From a virus (lineage: Duplodnaviria > Caudoviricetes), in the IMG/VR virus record IMGVR_UViG_3300025036_000013, positions 1 through 25,898 of that record: a stretch of DNA of 25,898 nucleotides. One strand, written 5' to 3'. The position numbers and the translations under genes are program-made. The notes beneath the pieces were generated by a model. The model was not told the origin of the DNA. It worked only from the letters and a program-made list of their open reading frames with translations, and searched no databases. Shown here one piece after another: positions 10,004 to 17,484 of this stretch (the first letter of the stretch is position 1; each line of letters begins with the position of its first letter).

Positions 10004-10457
10004 TCCTTTCTACCTCCGAAACAGCACCAAGATCCCCAACAGAGCTTCTCTCTCCAGCCCACTCTTTGTAGAAGGAGAGCATTTTCCTAGTTGTTTCCTT
10101 TCTCTCCTCCAAGGACATCCCTTCGTAATCACCCTTGGCTCTGAACATGAAGGGGTTTGGTTCCTCATGCTTCTCGAGCTTTGTGCTACTATCTTCCCCC
10201 TTCAACTTTATCCCATGCATCGCGGCTTGCATCCGGTAATCTTCTATGGATGCTTTCACCGCATCGGAGTGAAGAATCAGGATTTGCTTGTATGTTAGTC
10301 CCCCCTCCAAGAAATGGAATCGTGTGAAATGCCTCAAATCATACTGAGGGTACTCCCTCATTATTAATGTGAGGACCTCTCCGAGATAGATTTTTTCTCT
10401 GGCGTAGTCTCCCCCATCCTGTTTCTTATCTTCTTGGAGAGGTCTTTGAAGTTTTTT
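9993..10457 (-). CDS. Tail assembly chaperone C-terminal extension (lambda gpT-like), probably made by -1 frameshift
   Basis: This frame overlaps the end of the chaperone gene in the -1 frame and ends overlapping the tape measure start. No convincing independent start or RBS at the track's 10484 start. Confidence 0.8.
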   Translation of the reverse strand, partial: KKLQRPLQEDKKQDGGDYAREKIYLGEVLTLIMREYPQYDLRHFTRFHFLEGGLTYKQILILHSDAVKASIEDYRMQAAMHGIKLKGEDSSTKLEKHEEPNPFMFRAKGDYEGMSLEERKETTRKMLSFYKEWAGERSSVGDLGAVSEVERNAD

Positions 10458-10816
10458 GCCGCGTCCTCGAAGTTCATATCCCAAATCGCCGTAATGATGT
10501 TCACCAACTGCACATTAGTAATCTCCTCAATGAAGCAGGAGCCTACAGGCTTAGAATCGGTGATCATCCCCATCACTTCGTCAAGATTCTTTCTAACGCA
10601 CTCAGAGACAGCAGATACAAACTGAACATTGGTTGCCGTCTCACCCTCCTCCATCCATTGCCTGAAATTCACCAGCTCTTCGGCAACCTTGTTGGAGAGA
10701 GCTATCTGGTCGGCTAGAGAAAGCGGGAAAATCTCGATCTCACGCAGCTTGCGGACGCCGATAACTACCTTTACCGAAGCTGGTGCTAAATCTGACAGTG
10801 TATCAAATCCGGCCAT
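10364..10816 (-). CDS. Tail assembly chaperone (lambda gpG-like)
   Basis: Lies between the tail tube and tape measure genes. ATG at 10816 with AGAGGAG upstream is preferred over the track's TTG at 10822. Contains the slippery site. Confidence 0.8.
   Translation of the reverse strand: MAGFDTLSDLAPASVKVVIGVRKLREIEIFPLSLADQIALSNKVAEELVNFRQWMEEGETATNVQFVSAVSECVRKNLDEVMGMITDSKPVGSCFIEEITNVQLVNIITAIWDMNFEDAAKNFKDLSKKIRNRMGETTPEKKSISERSSH
10451..10457 (-). promoter_or_regulatory. Programmed -1 ribosomal frameshift slippery heptamer A AAA AAC
   Basis: In-frame GCA AAA AAC in the chaperone gene fits X XXY YYZ. The -1 frame is open from here to 9993. Confidence 0.8.
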
Positions 10817-10837
10817 GCTCAAACTCCTCTCTTACCA

Positions 10838-11425
10838 CTAGGAGGTGAGGAATCTAATCAATCCTAGAGGTTTACCGTCCCATACAGCATTGCCTCCCGA
10901 GACCTCAGAGTCCGCACGTTTTGCCTCGAAGGTTACAGGAGGTTTCGCATTATCTTCGCGCTGCATATCCAATTCAGGGGAGCTAGTTACCTGAGAACGT
11001 GGGAAGACGATCAGCATGGAGTACGCGTCATCCGGGAAGGTATAGAGAGCTTCCATTCTGATATAAGCAGGAGAAGTACGGCCACCAAGGGAAATCTCTC
11101 CAGAATGCACTTCGGTGTAACCCCCAGCGGTCGGATCAGTCCCAAGCGCCATAGCCAGGGTGAAGGGAGTGATCTCTTCAAATTGGCATTCGAGAGCGGC
11201 CTTTTCACGAAGGACGATGGTCATATCCTCGGTGAGAGGGAAGCCAGACTCATGAACCCAGAAATCAGTGTTACCAGTGAATTTAGTTGCGGCCAAAGCT
11301 CCAATAGAATCAGAGACCGAGAGAACCGCCGCGGTCGAAGCAATGTTAGCGGCGGAAGCTCCAATCCTCACCTGAGCCAGGCCAAGCATGAGAGACGACG
11401 TGTTTTTGGTAACCGGACCTGCCAT
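10838..11425 (-). CDS. Major tail (tube) protein
   Basis: 195 aa, strong RBS GGAGGTAGTAAA-ATG. Tail-tube-like pattern (LMLGLAQVRIG...IGAL...ALECQFEEITPFTLAMALG...IVFPRSQVTS...PVTFEA). Directly upstream of the chaperone genes. Confidence 0.85.
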   Translation of the reverse strand: MAGPVTKNTSSLMLGLAQVRIGASAANIASTAAVLSVSDSIGALAATKFTGNTDFWVHESGFPLTEDMTIVLREKAALECQFEEITPFTLAMALGTDPTAGGYTEVHSGEISLGGRTSPAYIRMEALYTFPDDAYSMLIVFPRSQVTSSPELDMQREDNAKPPVTFEAKRADSEVSGGNAVWDGKPLGLIRFLTS

Positions 11426-11468
11426 TTTACTACCTCCATTTAGTTAAAGGGATGCCAGAGTTACCTTC

Positions 11469-11738
11469 CTAAAAACATCCTGGGACGTTCTTGTCAAAGA
11501 AATTCACTATATTCACATGCCCACAGACCCTCCCGTTAGTTTTCCTGTAGCATTTTATCTTAATACTTCCAACGATAAACATGGAGATCAGTGAGGAGGG
11601 TTTGCTCTCAACATCCCCTCCCCCAGTTTTACTAGTGCGACCAAACACAAACTGGAAAGTCCCGTCTGGAAGTCTACGCATCAGACGTTTCCCACACTCT
11701 TCACAAAGAACATCCACTACCCCGTTATCGATCCCCAT
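11469..11738 (-). CDS. Zinc-ribbon protein resembling the Mu Com family
   Basis: DVLCEECGKRLMR...IKIKCYRKTNGRVCGHVN resembles the Com-like pattern CxxCxKLL...IEIKC..C...N, with insertions. Confidence 0.6.
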   Translation of the reverse strand: MGIDNGVVDVLCEECGKRLMRRLPDGTFQFVFGRTSKTGGGDVESKPSSLISMFIVGSIKIKCYRKTNGRVCGHVNIVNFFDKNVPGCF

Positions 11739-12169
11739 AGCACCTCCACTGAAATGTTCCGCACTTTAGTGTTATCCTTACCGAGATCGTCAAATCCCTC
11801 GGAGGATGTGCGGACTATATAAGAAATCTTCCCAATCACGGTCCATACTCCGGAGACAATACTCCAAAGATTGGTTGGTGTAGCTAGTAATCCCACGAGA
11901 GCGTCCTCCAGTTCCTGCAACCGTATCCCCTCATAATCATTTCTAGTACAGATGTAGAAGGAGATGAACATTCTACTAAGATTTCCAGAGATCGTCGGTC
12001 CGTAATGAACCGATATCCATTCCTTCACGTCCATGGAGGGTGTAAACGGGAACGCTTCAGACAGATCAAAGACTAGAGGAACACCCAACTCAGCCTCGAA
12101 GTAATCACTGAGCGTTCTCTTTATTGACAGCCGGACGTTGAGTGTGAGTGCAGATGGATCACGAGCCAT
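11717..12169 (-). CDS. Probable tail terminator / tail completion protein
   Basis: About 150 aa. ATG at 12169 after GAGGGGAG. Alpha/beta pattern (WISVHYG...ISFYICTR...LQELEDALVGLL) and position between a gp10-like gene and the tail tube. Confidence 0.6.
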   Translation of the reverse strand: MARDPSALTLNVRLSIKRTLSDYFEAELGVPLVFDLSEAFPFTPSMDVKEWISVHYGPTISGNLSRMFISFYICTRNDYEGIRLQELEDALVGLLATPTNLWSIVSGVWTVIGKISYIVRTSSEGFDDLGKDNTKVRNISVEVLWGSITG

Positions 12170-12374
12170 CTTGGTCTCCCCTCTCAATTAGAGACGCGAT
12201 AAATGGGATGAACGATTCAGTGAGAAAGTTTATTGCCTTCACCATATCCTCGTCCGCATTATCAAAACTAAGAGAGGTCTTCTTCAAAGCAGTGTAAATA
12301 TACTCCAACTCAGTCCCGGATACTCTCAGTATGAAGTGGACATCCATCGGGACGGTATCTAGTAGCTCCATCAT
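12159..12374 (-). CDS. Hypothetical small acidic protein (71 aa)
   Basis: ATGA overlap with the upstream stop at 12371-12374 and RBS GGAGGGGAA. Its end overlaps the next start. Confidence 0.65.
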   Translation of the reverse strand: MMELLDTVPMDVHFILRVSGTELEYIYTALKKTSLSFDNADEDMVKAINFLTESFIPFIASLIERGDQDGS

Positions 12375-12970
12375 TTCCCCCTCCAAGCCTTCGCTATGCT
12401 TCTGGTAGCCCTTCTCATGATCTTCGGGAGATATTTAGCCCGCCATTTGGTATAAGAAGGCTGGAAGACCGGACGTGCTGGATGCCTCCCTCCCTTAACG
12501 GAAGTAGAGCCTAGTGCATCCGAGCCGTATTCCATGAGACGTCCGTACTTAGCGACAATATCCGGAGCACCCGCTGACCAAGATCCTGGGACTCCCTGCC
12601 AAGACTTACCCCCTCTGTCCAAGACTCCGTAACGGACTCCAGATAGAAACCCGGCTTTATGCCTAGAGACCTCTATACTATTATGAAGATCCCATCGTAG
12701 AATCCAGAATCTCCTGTGGCCGACTGCTTTCTTCTTCCACTCAATATACTTCTTGGAGCCTTTAGTCGTTCCATACGACTGATATAGTGAGGAAAACTCC
12801 TGGGTACGAATAGCTGAGGTCACCGTAGCTCTATATCTATCCGCACATTCCCGATTGAATCTCCCTCCATTATTCACGGCAAGAGCTTCCACCTGTCTCT
12901 CAACGCGATAGAGAGCATTGATATAATTGGCGAAGTCCCCAGGATCTAGCCTTGCTGTGATAGTTATCAT
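12371..12970 (-). CDS. Neck / virion morphogenesis protein (HK97 gp10-like)
   Basis: Basic protein with DLHNSI...KYGRLMEYG...HPARPVFQP, matching the L..SI / Y....E(F/Y)G / PARPF pattern of this family. Confidence 0.75.
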   Translation of the reverse strand: MITITARLDPGDFANYINALYRVERQVEALAVNNGGRFNRECADRYRATVTSAIRTQEFSSLYQSYGTTKGSKKYIEWKKKAVGHRRFWILRWDLHNSIEVSRHKAGFLSGVRYGVLDRGGKSWQGVPGSWSAGAPDIVAKYGRLMEYGSDALGSTSVKGGRHPARPVFQPSYTKWRAKYLPKIMRRATRSIAKAWRGK

Positions 12971-13464
12971 CTTCTGACTTCTCTCTCCTTGATGAAGCCG
13001 TTCAGGACAGAAGTGGAGGAGAGATTCCCGATAGGGAGCAGTTCTGGGGACAGTCTCACATGACTTCTAAACAGACGAGGAGAGAATCCGTAGGATATGG
13101 AGATATTCTCACCAACGAGTGCTCTGCCCATGACTCTCTTGTAGAGAACTAGAAAATCGTATTCACTAGCGGTGAACGTAGGAATAGCCTCGGACAGCTC
13201 AGGGGGCAGAAATTCGTCTGCATAAATGAATCCGTACCACGGAGAAGTGACTAACCCGGCTTCCAGGTATCTACCGAGGATTCCAGATAGGAATTTAGTG
13301 CGAGGAAACTCAGAACTCCTCAGCTCCGGGTGCCCTTCCTCTTCAACAAACGGAATGGTCACAACTTTCTCACTAAATTGCTGTACTGATTCCTCAGCAA
13401 AGCTAAACCAATCCCTGTTCATATCCTTGGAAAACATTATGAACATGGTCACATCTTTATTCAC
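12967..13464 (-). CDS. Short, degenerate GT-A (GT2-like) glycosyltransferase-related protein
   Basis: ESVQQFSEKVV, TSPWYGFIYADEFLPPEL and SPRLFR echo the GT2/WaaE-like pattern (..DWILxLDADE.L.PEL...RLFR), but DxD is replaced by YAD. GTGA and ATGA overlaps at its two ends. Confidence 0.55.
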   Translation of the reverse strand: MNKDVTMFIMFSKDMNRDWFSFAEESVQQFSEKVVTIPFVEEEGHPELRSSEFPRTKFLSGILGRYLEAGLVTSPWYGFIYADEFLPPELSEAIPTFTASEYDFLVLYKRVMGRALVGENISISYGFSPRLFRSHVRLSPELLPIGNLSSTSVLNGFIKEREVRR

Positions 13465-14006
13465 TGAACATCTCCATTGAAGGTGATGAGAGCACCAAAG
13501 TTGTACTCCAAAGAATCATAGCTGGGAGGATAGAACGGAACAACTATATGATTGATCCAGCCCATCCCATCCAGAACCTCGCTGAGAAACCTTGGAGAGA
13601 AGTCATGGATGTGCATGGCATTCGGTTGCTCGCCCTTCTTCTTACATGAGTAGAGATATCTTCTCTGATGCGGTAGGAGAAGTAAGATAATCCCTCCAGG
13701 ATTGAGAAGTTCCCGCCACTCTCTCAGTACGCCTGGAGTATTTCTGAAGTCTTCAAGAAGATGACTAGAATAGACTATATCGTACTTCTTCTCAACTATT
13801 TTGGTGATTTCACTTGCATCGCCCTTGTAGGTGAGGTTGGACGGATCAGAACCATTGTATGGCATGGGAAGATCGAACGTGTCACACGTATCAGAGTACG
13901 GGTCTCCACCAGAACCAATATCCAGAACACTCAAGCCATCGGTATTTGGTATATGTCTGGAAAGGAGGTTCTGCATTTCAATTCTATGTGCCGAGGTTTC
14001 AGCCAT
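13461..14006 (-). CDS. Class I SAM-dependent methyltransferase
   Basis: Motif I VLDIGSGG, then KGDA, YDIVYSSHLLED and LREWRELLNPGG. ATG at 14006 with GGAGACTATA upstream, overlapping the glycosyltransferase stop, is preferred over the track's 14048. Confidence 0.88.
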   Translation of the reverse strand: MAETSAHRIEMQNLLSRHIPNTDGLSVLDIGSGGDPYSDTCDTFDLPMPYNGSDPSNLTYKGDASEITKIVEKKYDIVYSSHLLEDFRNTPGVLREWRELLNPGGIILLLLPHQRRYLYSCKKKGEQPNAMHIHDFSPRFLSEVLDGMGWINHIVVPFYPPSYDSLEYNFGALITFNGDVQ

Positions 14007-16071
14007 TATAGTCTCCAAGGAGATTACCAAGAGAGGACACAACCACATCCGGAGGAATAGTTTCTATACAGGGGGTTGAGCAGGGGCGAATCCCAGGAGC
14101 GCCCCAGCAGGAAGTAGTCAAGGGGCAGGCATCCAACCTGTTCGGCTCTAAAAGAATGATATCCTTTGGATCCCTGACTTTGGGCTGAGTAACCCTAGCG
14201 GGAGCAGGGCCGAACAGAACTACCACTTTGGTTCCAAGATACCCAGCCAAATGAGCTGGGAAACTATCGACTACCACAGCAGCCGCAGCGTGTTCCATCA
14301 GCAGAGCAGTTTCACTAAACTCCAGCTTACCTCTCAAGTCTATATCCGACTTGCATTTGAGATCATGCTCCGAACCAATTTGGATGATGGTATAGTCCCC
14401 ATGAAATGCGTCATGGATAGCATCCATGTACGGGTAAACCCTGTAAGTTACATCCCCTCCGGTAGTATGTACTAGAATAAATCGTTCAGAGAGCTTATCC
14501 AAAACCCTGACATTCTCAGCGGGTTTTATAAACATATCTGAAGCCTGTACCTTGCAGAAGTGGGGATACATCTCGTAGAGCCTGGTATCCAAATGATTCC
14601 ATCCACCTCTGAGAATCTTGTCCGAGTGCGGCCTGTAGACTACCTCGTAGTCTGGAGCCTTGGCAGGATTCCATTCCAGAAGCTCGTCAATGTAGGGATT
14701 TCCCTCTAAGATGCCGAAATACCGACGCTGTGTCATATAAGTAAGCTTCTTCCCCGGATGAGCTTCCTTTATCCCCTTGAAACAAGCCGTAGTCATGAGC
14801 ACATCCCCAGCCGAGGAGTGCTGTAGGAATAATACAGAGTCGCTTTTCTTTGCCCCGTTAGAGTGAGACGCTTTGGATAGCAGCCCATTAAGAACAGTAT
14901 TTATATTACTCGGGCTCCTAACAAAACCCCTGGCGTAGACGAAGCCGTCCTCGGTAGTGTTTGCTGTCTGAAAGCAATCAGCATCGCACAGAACCATCTC
15001 GATAACTTCAGCGATATCCTCTGGAGCACACTTCTTGGATGGAACCATGACTGGTCCGGAACTACCTCCAACATTCAAGAAAGTGTCCGTATTCGCTGGA
15101 ACTTTGAATACTCCAGCGTAGTCAAGGTGTGCGGTAGTCTGCGAGACTATGGTCGGAATCCTACAGAGGAGAGACTGTAACGGAGTCCATGACAGTCCCT
15201 CATTGATGGTACAATTCACGAGACAATCGAGGGAAGCTATTATCTTGCCCATCTCCCTGTCGGAAAATTGATACCGAGCGTCATCTATAGCTATGAGATC
15301 CGACGAGGATAAGCCAATACTTTTAGCGTAGGCCCCAAGATTGAAAGTCCCAGAAGATAGTGAGCAGCAGAACAACAGGGAGGCATCATGGAACTTCCTA
15401 TTATACCTAGCAAAAGCGTCCAGCATTCCTATAGGATCTTTTCTCACTTGATTACAACCTATGTATCCAACGAGCTTCTTGTGTGGGATTGTCATTCTGA
15501 GAAGCTCTCTCCTCACTTTCAGGATTTCCATATCATCCGCTAATGGAGCGTAGCATCCCATATTATAAAGAGGAGGGCGAAAGTATCCGACTCTAGGTAC
15601 ATTCTTGGAGACAACTTCATACCCATATCTTGAGTAGACATAGGGAAAGTCGATCATATCGAAAAGATTGAACCAATCTTGATAGTCGTATTGGAGATCA
15701 TACGGGAATAGCCCAGCCGTGATAAAACCGTACCTCGTAGCGAGTTCCCTAAGCATCCTGTAGATCGGGGAGAAGGTCCACACATCAACCCCGACAAACA
15801 GAACAATATCCACCCCGGACTTTGGGATGAGTGAGACTAGCTTAGAAGCCCCATAGGGATCATTGCCGTACTCAGCAGGGATGAATTTGAATTTGTAATT
15901 ATCGAAAAGTTTCTCGTTGTTATCAAGTATGATTGGATATTGATTTGCTCCGAAACACGCAACCTCGAAATCATCGTAGTTAATCTGCTCAAGGAGAGCA
16001 GCCATCATGTGGCCATTGCCAGTGACCGAAAATGGGCTATCTCCAACCAAAAGGATTTTTCTCTTTTTCAT
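13999..16071 (-). CDS. Two-domain glycosyltransferase: N-terminal GT4-like plus C-terminal GT9 (heptosyltransferase-like)
   Basis: N-terminal part: KILLVGDSP..TG, GYIGCNQVRKD, NEGLSWTPLQSL..RIPTIVS (GT4 EGFG.P..EA-like). C-terminal part: HSSAGDVLMTT, NPYIDE, VVVDSFPAHLAGYLGTKVVVLFGP, PCIETIPPDVV (GT9 signatures). Confidence 0.9.
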   Translation of the reverse strand: MKKRKILLVGDSPFSVTGNGHMMAALLEQINYDDFEVACFGANQYPIILDNNEKLFDNYKFKFIPAEYGNDPYGASKLVSLIPKSGVDIVLFVGVDVWTFSPIYRMLRELATRYGFITAGLFPYDLQYDYQDWFNLFDMIDFPYVYSRYGYEVVSKNVPRVGYFRPPLYNMGCYAPLADDMEILKVRRELLRMTIPHKKLVGYIGCNQVRKDPIGMLDAFARYNRKFHDASLLFCCSLSSGTFNLGAYAKSIGLSSSDLIAIDDARYQFSDREMGKIIASLDCLVNCTINEGLSWTPLQSLLCRIPTIVSQTTAHLDYAGVFKVPANTDTFLNVGGSSGPVMVPSKKCAPEDIAEVIEMVLCDADCFQTANTTEDGFVYARGFVRSPSNINTVLNGLLSKASHSNGAKKSDSVLFLQHSSAGDVLMTTACFKGIKEAHPGKKLTYMTQRRYFGILEGNPYIDELLEWNPAKAPDYEVVYRPHSDKILRGGWNHLDTRLYEMYPHFCKVQASDMFIKPAENVRVLDKLSERFILVHTTGGDVTYRVYPYMDAIHDAFHGDYTIIQIGSEHDLKCKSDIDLRGKLEFSETALLMEHAAAAVVVDSFPAHLAGYLGTKVVVLFGPAPARVTQPKVRDPKDIILLEPNRLDACPLTTSCWGAPGIRPCSTPCIETIPPDVVVSSLGNLLGDYNG

Positions 16072-16084
16072 GGATTCTCCAGAA

Positions 16085-16747
16085 CTATTCTCTCTGGTCT
16101 ACGGAGACTGCACAAACTACCAAGCCAGCGTACTTATAAGGATGCACCGCATTTATAACATACTTATCCGCGCCTATCACATATTGATCCAATTCGCGTA
16201 TACCGTATGCAGAGAGAGTATAGAGTTGGTAAGCTCTCTCAAGAATCGCTCCCTCCGGAGCATCCTCATCTAATTTTTCTATCGAGAAAGTTGTGAGTAG
16301 AGAGTAAGCATCGTATGGAAGAAGTGTCTCCCAAGCCTGACTGAGAACGTAACCTCCACTCACTTCCCGCTGTGCGTAAGAATGGAGAGGAACTCCTCCA
16401 CTTATCATGGTAGTGCTTCTACGTCTGAACTCTCCTGAGGTATTAGCCTTGTACAAGGTTCCAATACGCTTGTATGTGGAACCCTCTACGTGGAAGTTAT
16501 CCAGGCTGACAATCAAGTAGCGATTCTCACCTGATATCTCTATGAGATCGCCATTATTCAACTGGGAGTCATAAGAGATCATCAACGTCTTGACATACTC
16601 ATTGAAGAACGGACGAGTTGTCAAGACGTTGATTTTGTCGATTCCGTACTCCCCGGAGATACCGTTTACGAGATCTCCCCCAGGGAAGATTGTGTACTGA
16701 ATACCAATCTCTTCCAGAACTTCCTTGATGTCAGAGCCAATGCTCAT
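16085..16747 (-). CDS. Probable head closure / head-tail joining protein
   Basis: 220 aa with two similar beta-barrel-like halves (LNNGDLIEISGENRYLIVSL and IRELDQYVIGADKYVINAV). TAATG overlap with the upstream gene. Position after the adaptor gene. Confidence 0.6.
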   Translation of the reverse strand: MSIGSDIKEVLEEIGIQYTIFPGGDLVNGISGEYGIDKINVLTTRPFFNEYVKTLMISYDSQLNNGDLIEISGENRYLIVSLDNFHVEGSTYKRIGTLYKANTSGEFRRRSTTMISGGVPLHSYAQREVSGGYVLSQAWETLLPYDAYSLLTTFSIEKLDEDAPEGAILERAYQLYTLSAYGIRELDQYVIGADKYVINAVHPYKYAGLVVCAVSVDQRE

Positions 16748-17199
16748 TACTCACTCCCACTAGGAGTCAGGATGACCAATTGATCGGAATCGTAGGTTCT
16801 ATCCCTACCCAGCTCATCATAAGCATACCCAGCATCGACTTTAGTTCCGAACAGAGCATAAGTCTCGATATCCGCCACCAACGTGGGATCTTCTACCTTA
16901 GCAAGCTCCCATTCCTCATCCATGGTCTTTACGAGTTTCAGGAAGTGATCGAACCGCTGATGAAGATGGATATCCTCGACTCTAAACTTATCCGCGTATT
17001 GCGTCACCATCATAAAAAACAGGTGACGCTTTACGCGGTTTTTGAGCCAGTAGAGCTTAGTATCGTCTGTTACCGGGAAGGAGCAGTTAACTTCACGAAG
17101 AGCATCATCGACCGCATCCTCATAATCGACCATTTCGAGACGCTGGGATAGTCCCTTAATCTCCGTGGACACAACAACAATCAGCTCCTCCTCGGTCAT
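16747..17199 (-). CDS. Probable head-tail adaptor (head completion protein)
   Basis: 150-aa helical acidic protein (DYEDAVDDALREVN) two genes after the capsid gene. RBS GGGGAGAAAG. Confidence 0.6.
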   Translation of the reverse strand: MTEEELIVVVSTEIKGLSQRLEMVDYEDAVDDALREVNCSFPVTDDTKLYWLKNRVKRHLFFMMVTQYADKFRVEDIHLHQRFDHFLKLVKTMDEEWELAKVEDPTLVADIETYALFGTKVDAGYAYDELGRDRTYDSDQLVILTPSGSE

Positions 17200-17221
17200 C
17201 TTTCTCCCCCTATTCTCCGGA

Positions 17222-17467
17222 CTATTTCTTCAGGGATGCAGCTTTCTTAGAAGTCCAGGAGGCTTTAATTGGTGCCCTAATTTCCTGAATGTCCGCCTCC
17301 AGTTTCGGGGACTCCGGCTTCAGGAACGATTCTCTCAGAATCTCGACGAGCCCAGAATCCAGCATGGAGAGGATTACTGCTGGAACAGTGTCCTTATTGT
17401 AAGTACTCCCCTTTAAGAAGAGGTCCCCGCGAGACTTGATAGTTTTCTTCAGACGATATCTAAGCAT
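17222..17467 (-). CDS. Small post-capsid hypothetical protein
   Basis: About 81 aa with a Lys-rich low-complexity tail, directly after the capsid gene. ATG at 17467 (or GTG at 17473) after AAAGGA. Confidence 0.65.
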   Translation of the reverse strand: MLRYRLKKTIKSRGDLFLKGSTYNKDTVPAVILSMLDSGLVEILRESFLKPESPKLEADIQEIRAPIKASWTSKKAASLKK

Positions 17468-17484
17468 GTTCACATCCTTTCAGA

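Noticed and set aside
12967-16071. Cassette as a DNA-hypermodification or Gtr-type serotype-conversion locus
   Set aside because: There are no DNA methyltransferase catalytic motifs (DPPY/NPPY/PC), no base-modifying partner genes, no flippase or membrane transferase, and it is coupled to late structural genes. Considered less likely but not excluded.
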